Positions 1 to 10,137 are shown, numbered from the stretch's first letter. The stretch is 64,000 nt of DNA from Planctomycetota bacterium (GCA_965222115.1 CBDCTJ010000007.1:1280001-1344000); one strand, 5' to 3'. Translations and numbers: made by a program. Notes: generated by a model from the sequence alone, not told the origin.

Positions 1-1604
1 GCGTCTTCCAGCGCGAACTCGATTTCCGAGCGTGCACGGTCTTCGGCGCGCACAAGTTCTTTGACTTCACGACCCAGGGCTTCGGCGTCCCGATAGCCGA
101 CGTGCGCGAAGAGAACGGGAAATGCCAAGACCGTGCCCAAGACACTCGTGAGCAAGATGCGGCTCGGCAGCGCGACCCGTGAGCGCGACGTGTCCACCCG
201 CGCCATCCACGCCGCCAAGAGCGACATCGCAAAGACGACGGGACGCGCTTGAAGCGCATCGGTACTGAGAAACCACGCAACCGCGCCGGCAAGCAGGCCC
301 ATGACGATGCGCGCGATCCAGCGGGGGCGCACCACATTGCAGGCAAGCGCGCGATCGAGCAGCGCTTCGACGGCCACCAAGGCCCCTGCCGTGCTCGCAA
401 CCACGGCAAAGAGCATGAGCGACGCGGTGGCACTCGGCCAAAATGAATCGGTGCGGAAGAATGCGATCTCACCGCCGCGCACCGCCGCAATCACGACCGT
501 GATCCACAGCGCGATGAGTGTGCCCGCGACGGCGGTTGATCCGAGAGCGATCGCGAAGCGACCAAAGCCTTGCGACGATGGCCTGACATACTGACGGATG
601 GCAGCGCGAAAGAAGGCCGCAACAAGTACGTAGGCAATGGAGGTCAACGCAAAGTCGGCCGGCGAACTCAACCACCCCAGTGGCGTGTCGATCGCAAACG
701 CGTTTGGCGAAAACACGGTGCCCGGTGTCGAGAAACGATGCGGTAAGTCGATCAAACGAATTGCAGCGCGCGCGGCGAGCACCAGGACGATGCCCAGCAA
801 CCAGCGCGCGCGGCCCAACCGTTTCGCGCGTACGAGTGCCACGCATCCCGCCGCCACGAGTGTGGCAAGTAGCAGAAGAAGCATGATCCCGATGCGTTGA
901 TCGTGCTCACCTTGCAGGCGCTCGCGAATGGCCTCGCGTTCCAGATCGTGAAGATGTACTTCAACGGCAGGCGCATTGTTCCACGCGACTTCCGCTTGAA
1001 TCACGGGCGACGTCGCGTCTGCGTCCACGACGGAACCCGGCGGCCGTAGTTCTACCGCCCAAAGCGAAAGCGGTTGTAGCCAGCGATCCGTAAATGCGCG
1101 CTTGGCACCATCCTCGGGTGCCAGTTCTTCGAGCACGACCGACGCGGTGGCATACCCCCCTTGAATCTCGCGTGGGCCAACGAGCAAGGCGCGGACAAAG
1201 GGTCCTTCCTGATAGGTCACGTTGCCCGTGCGAAACGAACCGGACCATGCATGGGATGCCGGGAGGGATCGCGCTTCCACGGGTCGTCCGGCCCATGCGG
1301 CGTCCCCGCCGGGACCTTCCCACATGAGGCCCGAGACATCGTGTGCGTGTCGCACCGATTCCACCACGTCGAACTGCGCGTCCTGTGTGGCGGGTGCGCT
1401 TTCGTGTTCGAATCGTTTGGCGAGGTCGTCAAGGGACGCTGAGGCGCGTCGAATCATCGATTCGAGTTCCGCGCGTATGGTGTCGGCGCGCACATTCTTG
1501 GTGCGACGAATCTCTTGCTCGACGTCGTCGTCGCTTACGCCGCAGCCCACGCAGAGGGTGGTGCATAGAACGACGCCAAGCAACGCAAACCAACGTTGCC
1601 CCAT
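1..1604 (-). CDS. Large multi-pass membrane protein, 5' part only (runs off the window); probable NtrY-like sensor histidine kinase
   Basis: Absent from the ORF track because it has no stop in the window. Read manually from ATG 1604: MGQRWFALLGVVLCTTLCVGC (lipobox-like), then many hydrophobic helices and VFSPNAF...SSPADFALTS, reminiscent of large membrane HKs. Kinase domain not visible. Confidence 0.55.
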   Translation of the reverse strand, partial: MGQRWFALLGVVLCTTLCVGCGVSDDDVEQEIRRTKNVRADTIRAELESMIRRASASLDDLAKRFEHESAPATQDAQFDVVESVRHAHDVSGLMWEGPGGDAAWAGRPVEARSLPASHAWSGSFRTGNVTYQEGPFVRALLVGPREIQGGYATASVVLEELAPEDGAKRAFTDRWLQPLSLWAVELRPPGSVVDADATSPVIQAEVAWNNAPAVEVHLHDLEREAIRERLQGEHDQRIGIMLLLLLATLVAAGCVALVRAKRLGRARWLLGIVLVLAARAAIRLIDLPHRFSTPGTVFSPNAFAIDTPLGWLSSPADFALTSIAYVLVAAFFRAAIRQYVRPSSQGFGRFAIALGSTAVAGTLIALWITVVIAAVRGGEIAFFRTDSFWPSATASLMLFAVVASTAGALVAVEALLDRALACNVVRPRWIARIVMGLLAGAVAWFLSTDALQARPVVFAMSLLAAWMARVDTSRSRVALPSRILLTSVLGTVLAFPVLFAHVGYRDAEALGREVKELVRAEDRARSEIEFALED

Positions 1605-1632
1605 CGCGCTGTGTCCCGCCGTGCGGTTGGTC

Positions 1633-2190
1633 TTAGCGCTTACGCGGCGGTTTTTGCTCCGTGATCGCGGCAAGGACCCATCCCTTTGGCGTCTTTTGCA
1701 CTTGGACGGTGAGATGCGTCGTCACCGTATTGCCTCGACGAAGGCGATAGGTGTATTTGTACTTGCGCACGGTCGGCGTTGCACGCGGAGGCTTTTGTCC
1801 CGGGCGAGGTGGCTTGGGCAATAGGCGCACGAGGCCTCGCCGGGTTGTTTGCGAGAAGTAACTGGAGAGCGCACGCAGCGCCTGATTCTTGCCGAAGTTG
1901 GCATCGATGGGCCGCGCGCCAACGCCTGGATGCAGGAGGCGCACGCGAACAGTGCCCTTCTTGGGCATACATCCCACAACGCCTTGAGCTTGTCCGGCTC
2001 GCCACGCTCGCTCAAAGCGCGCAAAGCACGCAGCCGTGGCTTGTTCGATGGTGGGCGGCCGTATGGGGGGCGCGGGTGACTTGGGGGCTGGTGGAGCCGG
2101 CACACTCGGCGCAGTACCTCGCGCGAACGCATTGGAACTCGCAGTCACGGCGGCGAGCGCTACGCACAGTGCCATGGCCACCTTCCCCAT
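1633..2190 (-). CDS. Secreted hypothetical protein, DUF4783/NTF2-like
   Basis: Signal peptide MGKVAMALCVALAAVTASSNAFA, Pro-rich linker, FGKNQALRALSSYF motif, C-terminal ...KGWVLAAI strand. Confidence 0.55.
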   Translation of the reverse strand: MGKVAMALCVALAAVTASSNAFARGTAPSVPAPPAPKSPAPPIRPPTIEQATAACFARFERAWRAGQAQGVVGCMPKKGTVRVRLLHPGVGARPIDANFGKNQALRALSSYFSQTTRRGLVRLLPKPPRPGQKPPRATPTVRKYKYTYRLRRGNTVTTHLTVQVQKTPKGWVLAAITEQKPPRKR

Positions 2191-2454
2191 CGCGATCGTC
2201 GACCCGCGAAGCTTCCACGCAGCACGCGGCGTGACGCGAGCAAAGGTTGGCGCGCGGCGAGCACTGCTTCGGCTGTAGTGGTCTTGGACGAGAGGCACAC
2301 GGGACTCCGGGGACGAGGCAACGTGTCGCAAATGCAGGGCCAGCTCGCAAACGCGAATTAGACGGGCAATTCGGCCAAAGTGCCCCCTCAAGGGGACAGT
2401 CTTGTCTACAGATGGGGACGTCGAACGACGGGCATACGTTCGTATGGTTTAGCT

Positions 2455-3369
2455 ATGGAAGCATCGTCCCAGCCTAGGACTCAGCATCCGCGTGGGGCAC
2501 CCCACCGCCACGCCTCGGGTCGCAACGAACGAGCGGTAGGCTACGCGGCGTTGCTGACCGGCACGTTTTTCGTGGCCGAAGTTGTGGGTGGCTTGATCTC
2601 GGGCTCACTCGCGCTATTGGCAGACGCTGGACATATGTTGACCGATGTAGCGGCGTTGTCGCTCGCATGGACTGCCTTTCGCTTAGCCAAGCGGCCGCCC
2701 GATGCCAAACGAAGTTACGGTTTCGATCGCTTCTCGGTACTTGCCGCGTTTGTCAATGGGTTGACACTCTTTGTTGTTGTCGGATGGGTGGTCGTGGAAG
2801 CCATCAAACGACTACTCAGTCCGGGGCCCGTGATGGGTGGCGTCATGCTCGGTGTGGCTGTGCTTGGACTGCTGGTGAACGTAGTTTGCTTTCGGATTCT
2901 GACGCGCGGCGATTCAAACAACCTGAACGTGCGTGCTGCCGTATTGCATGTGGTAGGTGACATGCTGGGCTCGTTCGCGGCGATTGCGGCGGCCGTGGTC
3001 ATTATGCTCACAGGATGGATGCCGATTGATCCCATCCTTTCTGTCGTTGTTGCCCTGATTATCTTGCGTTCCGCGTGGCGCGTGACCGGCGAAAGTGCGC
3101 ATGTGTTGCTCGAAGGGGCGCCTAAGGGACTTGAAGATGGCGCCATTGCAGCTTCGCTGGAAGCGCTAGATGGTGTGGAGGATATTCATCATATCCATGC
3201 GTGGTCTATCACCGACGAGCGCCCTATGGTGACGTTGCATGCGCGCATATCGGATGGCGTGTCCATGGACGACGTGCGGCGTCGCATCCGCGAGCACTTG
3301 GTCCAAGAGTTTGGCTTCGACCACGCAACCATTGAGATCGAGCGCGGGGCGTGCGGCCACGAAGAGTGA
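2455..3369 (+). CDS. czcD: Cation diffusion facilitator (Zn/Co/Cd efflux, CzcD/ZitB type)
   Basis: SGSLALLADAGHMLTD signature, NLNVRAAVLHVVGD, HHIHAWSI and HATIEIE motifs. Confidence 0.93.
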   Translation: MEASSQPRTQHPRGAPHRHASGRNERAVGYAALLTGTFFVAEVVGGLISGSLALLADAGHMLTDVAALSLAWTAFRLAKRPPDAKRSYGFDRFSVLAAFVNGLTLFVVVGWVVVEAIKRLLSPGPVMGGVMLGVAVLGLLVNVVCFRILTRGDSNNLNVRAAVLHVVGDMLGSFAAIAAAVVIMLTGWMPIDPILSVVVALIILRSAWRVTGESAHVLLEGAPKGLEDGAIAASLEALDGVEDIHHIHAWSITDERPMVTLHARISDGVSMDDVRRRIREHLVQEFGFDHATIEIERGACGHEE

Positions 3370-3370
3370 G

Positions 3371-3718
3371 TTACGCCGTGCGACCTTCCGCCTTGGCGCG
3401 CCGTTCCGCGTCGGCGTAGCGCTTGCGCACGACTGGCAACAGGCCGCCCATTACGGGAGTGAGTACGCCACCAATCAACAAGAGTGGAAAGTACACTTGG
3501 TGTGGTTGCTCCAATAAGACGGCAGTCATGCCAGCGACTAGCGCAACAATCCCGATTCCCAGTAAGCACATGTGCGCGGCCATCATAACGCCTCGAGCTC
3601 TTCCTTTTGGCGCCAGCACACCCATGAGCGCACCATAGATTCCGCAAATCGAACCCAGTCCCGCACCACCAATGGCGCCGATGTACGTGCCTGCTGTTTC
3701 GCTCCACCAAGGTGTCAT
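3371..3718 (-). CDS. Small 3-TM hypothetical membrane protein
   Basis: MTPWWSETAG... with three hydrophobic Gly-rich segments; co-oriented with the upstream gene. Confidence 0.7.
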   Translation of the reverse strand: MTPWWSETAGTYIGAIGGAGLGSICGIYGALMGVLAPKGRARGVMMAAHMCLLGIGIVALVAGMTAVLLEQPHQVYFPLLLIGGVLTPVMGGLLPVVRKRYADAERRAKAEGRTA

Positions 3719-3735
3719 TGAATTGCGCCCTTCTC

Positions 3736-5295
3736 TTATTTTCGAACGATCAACGGCTCGCCGTCGATACGCCACCGCGCGGCGTCACCGGCGCGTACAT
3801 CATAGGACGTGTCGCGGGCGATGTTTTGACCGTCTGTGGCGTGATAAATCACCCATGCCTGCCCATCGCGCGTGATACCTCCCGTACCCATACGAAATGA
3901 AACCCGCTCGCCTTGCTTCGGCTCAAGCCAGATGGAGCGATCGCCTCCCTGCTGGTGCGCCTTGAGTGCGGCAAAGTTGCCGTCGTAATCTCTCACACGC
4001 GCCAACAAGCGACCGGCCGGCAACTTGAACGAGCCCAACAATTGCTTTCCGACCGTGCTATCCGACCACGTGAAGTCAACAAGGGTCACGGCCCCGTGCT
4101 TCATTGTCGGTGCGCTTGGCTCGCGCTTCATGTGTGCGCCAAAGCGATCCGATAGTTCGACGGTCGAGTACGGGTTTCGATGCCCAAAGATGTCTCGCTT
4201 GCCACGCGAACCGCATTGCCGAACGCCGATCGTTCTCGCAGCGTCTGCTTCGGACCAGTCGTTCACCGTCAGGACATGCGTCACAAGCCCAAAGATGCGA
4301 GGCCCATACGTGTTCTGACCGAGCGTTGAGTAGTTGAGTCGCCGCCACCGGCCGCCAACGAATACTTCGTTGAATGTGTGGCCAGCCCACGTACTGCCAA
4401 GGGCGCCCAGTGCTTTCCCTAGCGTCTCGCGCACGCGCTCGTGACGAAGTCCACCCAGCATGGCGAGTTCATCCTTGTCCGAAGCGTCGATGACGGGAAT
4501 GCAATAGACGATGCGGGTGGGGATGCCAATCGCGCGCAGCATGCCTGTCAAGTAGATGGCCGTGGACGTGCAGCTACCCGACGTACCATTCTCAAACATC
4601 GATTGGGCGAACAGATCGCGCGCCCATTGCTCTTCGGGCGAGCGCTTGCCGCGATTATAGCCCTGCATGCCCGACATGCAGCCGGGACAGATAGCAGGTT
4701 TGCCGTCTGCGAAGTGGGTGAAGTAGCCCGTAAACGCTTCGCTGCGTGTGTCCACGCGCTTGAGTAGCCAAGGAGTGGCCTTTTCGACCAACGTTTTGTC
4801 ATCCAACGCCGCTACGTCAATGCCGTCTTCGGCCAGAAGATCAACGAGTTTCTTCGAGAGCGTTTCATCGAAATTGGAAGTGAGCGTGGAGGATGTTTCT
4901 TCTTTAAAACGTTTGGACGTTTCGCGCCACTGTGCGTCGCCCTTGATTGCTTTCGCTACGGTATTCAGTGGATAGTGAACCACTTCGAGCTTGACCCACG
5001 TGTCGGTGCGCTCAAGCTCGCGCGCGTCTTGGTAGTCGTCGTTTAGGTTGCGACTCACCGGCAGCATAACGCGAGTGATCGTACGAATGGTGTAGGCGTA
5101 TTCCCGCCGCTCATCCCAGTCGCCATCGGGCGTTCCGTCACCATCGGAGTCCTTTGCTTTGGGATTGGTGAAGTACTTATGCGTTTCCTGAAAGTCACTC
5201 AGACCGTCGCCGTCTGAGTCAATATTGCTATCGGCGTATGCAAGCGGCGCGAATGCCACCATGAAAATCACAGTAGAAGATAGCCACTTGCGCAT
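3736..5295 (-). CDS. Secreted transglutaminase-like protein with DxDxDG Ca-binding repeats
   Basis: Signal peptide; DSDGDGLSD and DSDGDGTPDG; GSCTSTA (Cys), LRAIGIPTR, GHTFNEVFV (His), WRRLNY. Confidence 0.85.
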   Translation of the reverse strand: MRKWLSSTVIFMVAFAPLAYADSNIDSDGDGLSDFQETHKYFTNPKAKDSDGDGTPDGDWDERREYAYTIRTITRVMLPVSRNLNDDYQDARELERTDTWVKLEVVHYPLNTVAKAIKGDAQWRETSKRFKEETSSTLTSNFDETLSKKLVDLLAEDGIDVAALDDKTLVEKATPWLLKRVDTRSEAFTGYFTHFADGKPAICPGCMSGMQGYNRGKRSPEEQWARDLFAQSMFENGTSGSCTSTAIYLTGMLRAIGIPTRIVYCIPVIDASDKDELAMLGGLRHERVRETLGKALGALGSTWAGHTFNEVFVGGRWRRLNYSTLGQNTYGPRIFGLVTHVLTVNDWSEADAARTIGVRQCGSRGKRDIFGHRNPYSTVELSDRFGAHMKREPSAPTMKHGAVTLVDFTWSDSTVGKQLLGSFKLPAGRLLARVRDYDGNFAALKAHQQGGDRSIWLEPKQGERVSFRMGTGGITRDGQAWVIYHATDGQNIARDTSYDVRAGDAARWRIDGEPLIVRK

Positions 5296-5370
5296 ATGTG
5301 CCTCCAGTGAGAGGATAACACATTGGGGAGCGAACGAGAGAAGCGCGCAACGATGCTCTCGCAATCCGCG

Positions 5371-6723
5371 CTACTTCAACCCGTAGCGTTCCATCTTCTT
5401 GTAGAGGTTGGAGCGCTGCATGCCGAGGCTTTCGGCGGTGCGTTTGACGTTCCATTCGTTGTCTTGGAGGCGCATTTGAAGGAAAAGGCGTTCGCTTTCG
5501 TGCTTGAACTCCTCAAAAGTCTTTGCCGTCTTGAAGAGGTCGTCGGTGGCACCGGCGGACGTAGGGTTGCTTAGGCTCTCAAGATCCTTGACGTCGAGTT
5601 TCTTGCCATCGATCAGGATGATGGAGCGTTCCATGAGGTTGCGGAGTTGGCGGACATTGCCGGGCCAACGTTGTCGTTCCAACCACTTACGTGCTGCCTC
5701 GGTAAGTGCGGGCGGATGGGTTTCCATGTTCTTGGCGAACTGCTCCAAGAACGTCTGTGCGAGCAGCGCTACGTCTTCCTTGCGTTCTCGCAACGGTGGA
5801 ACTTCAAGTGGTACAACCGCCAGTCGGTAGTAGAGGTCTTCGCGAAATTCACCTTCTTCAGAGGCACTCTTAAGATCCTTGTTTGTTGCGGCAACCAGCC
5901 GGACATCCACGGCAATCGGTTCACTACCGCCCACGCGTTGCACGCGCTGTTCCTCGATCACACGCAACACTTTCGCTTGTGCATCGAGAGACATGTCGCC
6001 GACCTCGTCTAAGAAGAGCGTGCCGCCGTCGGCCTGTTCGAACTTCCCTTCGCGACGTTCCGTGGCGCCCGTAAATGCACCTTTCTCGTGGCCAAAGAGT
6101 TCGCTTTCCAAGAGATCTTTCGGAATTGCCGCGCAGTTCACGTCAACGAATGGACCGGATGAACGATTGCTGAGTTCATGCACGAGTCGTGCCGCGAGCT
6201 CTTTGCCAGAACCGTTCTCACCCTGAATGAGCACGCGCGCGTCGGTGGGGGCAACTTTGGCAATCATGGAACGAATGCGTTCGAGTGAAGGACTCACGCC
6301 CAACATTTCGCGAGACGTCTGCGAAAGTTGCTTGCGGAGTTTGAGGTTCTCGCCGTTGAGACGGTGCATTTGCGCGGCGTTGCGAACGGTTAGGAGCACG
6401 CGATCGCGATCGAGCGGCTTGGCAAGAAAATCAAACGCCCCTTTGCGCGTGGCGTCCATGGCGGTGTCGATGGTGGCGTGGCCGGAGATCATGACGACGG
6501 TGGTGTCGCTGTAGGTCTCGCGAATCTCGTCGAGCACTTCCATGCCATCGCGACCGGGCATCTTGATGTCGAGGAACACGAGGTCGATGTCCCTGTTGTC
6601 CTCCAGGGCCTTTAGTCCCTGATCGCCGTCCTCCGCGAGTAGGACGTCGTGGTGGGCAAAGCGCAGTACGAGGTCCAAGCTCTCGCGAATCGCCTGCTCG
6701 TCGTCCACTACCAAAATGCGCAC
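5371..6723 (-). CDS. Sigma54-dependent response regulator (NtrC/NtrX family)
   Basis: REC (VVDDE, FLDIKMPG), GENGSGKE Walker A, ESELFGHEKGAFTGA, LFLDEVG, WPGNVRQL, Fis-type HTH. Confidence 0.96.
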   Translation of the reverse strand: MRILVVDDEQAIRESLDLVLRFAHHDVLLAEDGDQGLKALEDNRDIDLVFLDIKMPGRDGMEVLDEIRETYSDTTVVMISGHATIDTAMDATRKGAFDFLAKPLDRDRVLLTVRNAAQMHRLNGENLKLRKQLSQTSREMLGVSPSLERIRSMIAKVAPTDARVLIQGENGSGKELAARLVHELSNRSSGPFVDVNCAAIPKDLLESELFGHEKGAFTGATERREGKFEQADGGTLFLDEVGDMSLDAQAKVLRVIEEQRVQRVGGSEPIAVDVRLVAATNKDLKSASEEGEFREDLYYRLAVVPLEVPPLRERKEDVALLAQTFLEQFAKNMETHPPALTEAARKWLERQRWPGNVRQLRNLMERSIILIDGKKLDVKDLESLSNPTSAGATDDLFKTAKTFEEFKHESERLFLQMRLQDNEWNVKRTAESLGMQRSNLYKKMERYGLK

Positions 6724-7016
6724 GGAGGATCTCCATTGCCGGCCATCCAGCGCGGCTCGCAGATACTACAGCACGCACCTTGATCAATGACCCGATTGGC
6801 CGCCCAACGTCGAAATCTTTACGCGGACCGGGATGGATCGCCAGTGCGGCCAAATGCCTACCCTCTCGGGCGCAGCGGCCAAATGACGTGGAATCCGAGG
6901 TGCATTAGAATTGCCTCTGCTGCGCCCCCATCCGTGACGTTCTTATGGCGTGCCCGCGAACTGTTCTCTGGAGAGACGTGTCGTCCTTTGATTCCCATTT
7001 TCAGGAGCCCGCTTCC

Positions 7017-7781
7017 ATGTCATCGGAGAATGACGGGTCGGAGAACGGCCGGGAGAGTGGCACATTCTCTCGAAAGATCCCGTCCGGAATGATCCCCGGA
7101 ATGATCCCCGGTTTGAATGCCCTGCGTCGGGCATGGGCCGCGCGCGCCAAGGCCAAGTCCACCGACGACGCACTCATGGTGCGTTGCGGTCGAGGGGACG
7201 AGACGGCGCTCACAGAACTCATGCGCCGCCATCGCGACGCGGCATACCGCTATGCATGGCGCATCTTTCGTGACCACCACCATGCTGAGGACGTCACGCA
7301 AGATTTCTTCATCAAGCTCTTTCGCAATGCAGAGCGCTATCAACCACGCGGCCACTTCACGACCTACTTCTACCGCGTGTTGGCCAACTTGTGTTTCGAC
7401 ATTTTGCGAAAGCGGAAGCGGCGCAAGCACATTCAGGCCATGCAGCTTGATCCCATTGCGTCCGAAGGGACCGAGTTAGAGCCCCTGGCCGCGCGCATCG
7501 ATCCCGACACGCCCATGAACGCACGCGAAACCATCGACGTGGTTCATCGCTCCTTACTTGATTTGCCATCACGTGTGCGCGCCGTCCTAGAACTACGCGA
7601 GTTTGAAGGACTTCGTTATCGCGAGATTGCCGAAGTGCTCGACCTCTCGCTCAATGAAGTGAAGGTGTTGCTCCATCGCGGACGCAAATTGCTGGCGCGC
7701 GCCTTGCGTGAGACCGACATTGGTCGCGACTGGATTGAGTCACGTCGGCACGATAGCCAGCGACGGGGGTGGTCGTCATGA
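7017..7781 (+). CDS. ECF RNA polymerase sigma factor
   Basis: Region 2 (AEDVTQDFFIKL, FTTYFYRVLANLCFD) and region 4 (LREFEGLRYREIAEVLDLSLNEVKVLLHRGR). Confidence 0.93.
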   Translation: MSSENDGSENGRESGTFSRKIPSGMIPGMIPGLNALRRAWAARAKAKSTDDALMVRCGRGDETALTELMRRHRDAAYRYAWRIFRDHHHAEDVTQDFFIKLFRNAERYQPRGHFTTYFYRVLANLCFDILRKRKRRKHIQAMQLDPIASEGTELEPLAARIDPDTPMNARETIDVVHRSLLDLPSRVRAVLELREFEGLRYREIAEVLDLSLNEVKVLLHRGRKLLARALRETDIGRDWIESRRHDSQRRGWSS

Positions 7782-10003
7782 CGCGCGCCTCCCGCCCCTC
7801 CCAACCTGCCATGCCATCGCGAGGGTTGCCCGGCGAATGCGAATGGGTCTTGGCCCACGTATCGGATTACATCGATCGTGAGCTCTCGCACGACAACGAA
7901 CAGCGCATGGACCGCCATCTCGAATCGTGTCGAACCTGTTTGCATACGACGCAGCAAATTGAGTCTACGTCACGTGTATTGAAGCGGTGGGACGCCGAGC
8001 GCAATCGCGGGCAGACACCTGCGCTACGCATTGAACGTGCCGTACTTAGCCGCGCGGCGTCTGTGGGGCGTGTGCGTCGCCGGGCGCGACGTCAACATCG
8101 TCTGTGGCATATGAAGATGGTTGGCATCGCGTTGCTGACCATTGGTGCGGGGGCGTGGTTTGGCCTGCGAGCGGATGAGTCCAACACGTCGAGCGCAGAA
8201 TTGCATGCGCCCCATACGTATGCGCCCCAAACATCACCGGCACTCGCCGACTTGCATGTGGGTCCGGCGCTTCGTGCGCGTGATGACCTTGTTGCGCGTC
8301 GTGTGGCCCTATCTGAAAGCAGAAGGTCTGAAGGCAATCAGTCAGATGACGGCTTGTTTGGCCGCCGCGCCGTATCAACAATTGCGTCGCTTCCGGCATT
8401 GGTGCCACAGACACGGGTAGCCTTTGAACCGGGTGCCCACGCCACGCCGCCCGCATCGTGGAAGCCGTTCCGTCCCATGGAACCGCCTACGTCCATGCTT
8501 GCGGCCATTGAGCTGCGCCGCCAACGCACCGCACGGCTTTCCGATCGACTTGGACTCGATCCGTTGCATGCCCAGTGGGTGCCAGTCCGTCGTTTGGACA
8601 ATGGATCGATGGTGCGCCTTGACGCCATGATGGAGGCAAGTCTGCGCGCGGAAGACGTCCACTACATTCCCGGGCACGCGTGGAACCGACTTGTGCGCAG
8701 CCCGTCGCTTAGTTCGTTGCTTGTGGGTGCCCGGCGTGTGGATCCACGGGGTGCAGTGATTCCGGCGACATCGCTTGAAACGCCGTCGCGCTCTAGCGTT
8801 GAAGCGCCCGCGGATGGTGAGCGACTTGACACGTCGATTGTCAACTTCGTGCAGGACATACGCCCGCTTGCACGGTGGGTGCGCGCGTTGAAGAAGGGGC
8901 GAGATGAGTCGCTCCTCAGCGCGACGAGCAAGCTGAATGGCGTTTCCCTGCTAGGTGGCGCGCGCGTTTCGGTGCTTCCGTCCTCAACCGCGCGCGGGAG
9001 TGAAGACGCTTCGCGCCCGCGTTACGCCGACCCCCTCCGACTTCAAAAGCAAGGCAACCTTTCGTTTCAAGCAGGTTCGCGCGCCGATCAAGTGATTGCG
9101 TTCGTTTCGGGAACGACGAGGCCAACCTATTTGGCGGCCGGGCAGTTGCTTTCCGGTGGCGCGACGGACCGCATGATTACGGCACCCGTCACACTGCCTG
9201 CCACGGACGGTGAGCAGCGATTCGCGATTCGTTGTGTGCCGGTGCGAAACGGTGTGGCACGCCCAGCAGATAAGACGCCGATTACTCTTGAAGCCGCGGT
9301 GGCGGGGCCGACGCTGAGGCGCCTGCTTGCCGAGCGTCAATCCAGCGAGTCGATTCAGCGGTGGGTTAATTGGTACGTTGACATCGCGTATCGACTCCGC
9401 CGCACGCGTGCACCCGTGCTCGGCCGCAGCCTCTTGGATGTTCCGGGTTTGATTCGGTTCAAGTCCGGCGACAAGTTGATTCCCTATACGACTTTTGCCA
9501 AGCAACGCGAACGTGAACTCATGCAGGCCCTCGAACGTCAAGGCGCGCTGGGTCTTGTGATGTTTCGACGGGGTGGCGACGTCTCTCGGACTCGTCAGGG
9601 TGTTATTGATGCCGACTCGGCGGTGCCGGCGGGCATGGATGTACTCCACTTTGCTGGTCCGTACCGCGCGCGCCTTCTTGCCCAGTTTGCACTTTCGTTC
9701 GAGCTAGAAAGTTTCTTGCATCAATCCGCCGTGGTGCTGAGCGTTCGCCCACCCGAGTCGCTATCGACGCGTTCAATCAGGCCGTTGCCTTGGCGCGAGA
9801 TCGTTCAAGACGGTTTGCCGATGTATCGCCAATTGGGACTCTTGCGCGATGCGCCCACGACGACGGCCACAATTTCACCCAAGGCAGTTGGTACGCCAAT
9901 GACGAGCGGAGCGCGCCGTAGCCCCTTGGCGGGCCATGCCATGTGGCTGTCCAATGACGAAGCAACCGCAGACGTTCTAACGCTGCACCTCTTCATCGAT
10001 TAG
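7778..10003 (+). CDS. Zinc-finger (zf-HC2) anti-sigma factor with TM helix and large extracytoplasmic part containing an ARPP-1/DUF6569-like domain
   Basis: CEWV...SDYIDREL...HLESCRTC ZAS motif, one TM, then PTYLAAGQLLSGGATDRMITAPVTLP...AIRCV. Overlaps the sigma stop (ATGA). Confidence 0.8.
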   Translation: MTRASRPSQPAMPSRGLPGECEWVLAHVSDYIDRELSHDNEQRMDRHLESCRTCLHTTQQIESTSRVLKRWDAERNRGQTPALRIERAVLSRAASVGRVRRRARRQHRLWHMKMVGIALLTIGAGAWFGLRADESNTSSAELHAPHTYAPQTSPALADLHVGPALRARDDLVARRVALSESRRSEGNQSDDGLFGRRAVSTIASLPALVPQTRVAFEPGAHATPPASWKPFRPMEPPTSMLAAIELRRQRTARLSDRLGLDPLHAQWVPVRRLDNGSMVRLDAMMEASLRAEDVHYIPGHAWNRLVRSPSLSSLLVGARRVDPRGAVIPATSLETPSRSSVEAPADGERLDTSIVNFVQDIRPLARWVRALKKGRDESLLSATSKLNGVSLLGGARVSVLPSSTARGSEDASRPRYADPLRLQKQGNLSFQAGSRADQVIAFVSGTTRPTYLAAGQLLSGGATDRMITAPVTLPATDGEQRFAIRCVPVRNGVARPADKTPITLEAAVAGPTLRRLLAERQSSESIQRWVNWYVDIAYRLRRTRAPVLGRSLLDVPGLIRFKSGDKLIPYTTFAKQRERELMQALERQGALGLVMFRRGGDVSRTRQGVIDADSAVPAGMDVLHFAGPYRARLLAQFALSFELESFLHQSAVVLSVRPPESLSTRSIRPLPWREIVQDGLPMYRQLGLLRDAPTTTATISPKAVGTPMTSGARRSPLAGHAMWLSNDEATADVLTLHLFID

Positions 10004-10137
10004 TTCATTCATCGATAAGTTCATCGGTTGGCTCTGTTGGCCAGTACGTGGTTTGTCGCCTCGGTAGCGGCGAGTCGCGTTCGTGCGGATGGATCCGTGA
10101 ACCCGCGCGAGTTACGAAAGTTCACATGGGAACCGAG

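Noticed and set aside
67-1824. Numerous short Arg/Ala-rich ORFs here and throughout the track
   Set aside because: Alternate-frame or antisense shadows of real genes in GC-rich DNA.
6768-6785. Possible sigma54 -24/-12 promoter (CAGCACGCACCTTGAT)
   Set aside because: Lacks the invariant GG and GC dinucleotides.
7084-7111. 12-bp tandem repeat (MIPGMIPG) in the ECF N-terminus; similar short in-frame duplications at ~25100 (AQSFAQSF) and ~43836 (IEIEIEIE)
   Set aside because: Two to four in-frame copies typical of slippage; cannot cause phase variation.
9992-10028. Three TTCATCG(A/G)T copies at the anti-sigma stop
   Set aside because: Too short, irregularly spaced and located between convergent genes; no function can be supported.
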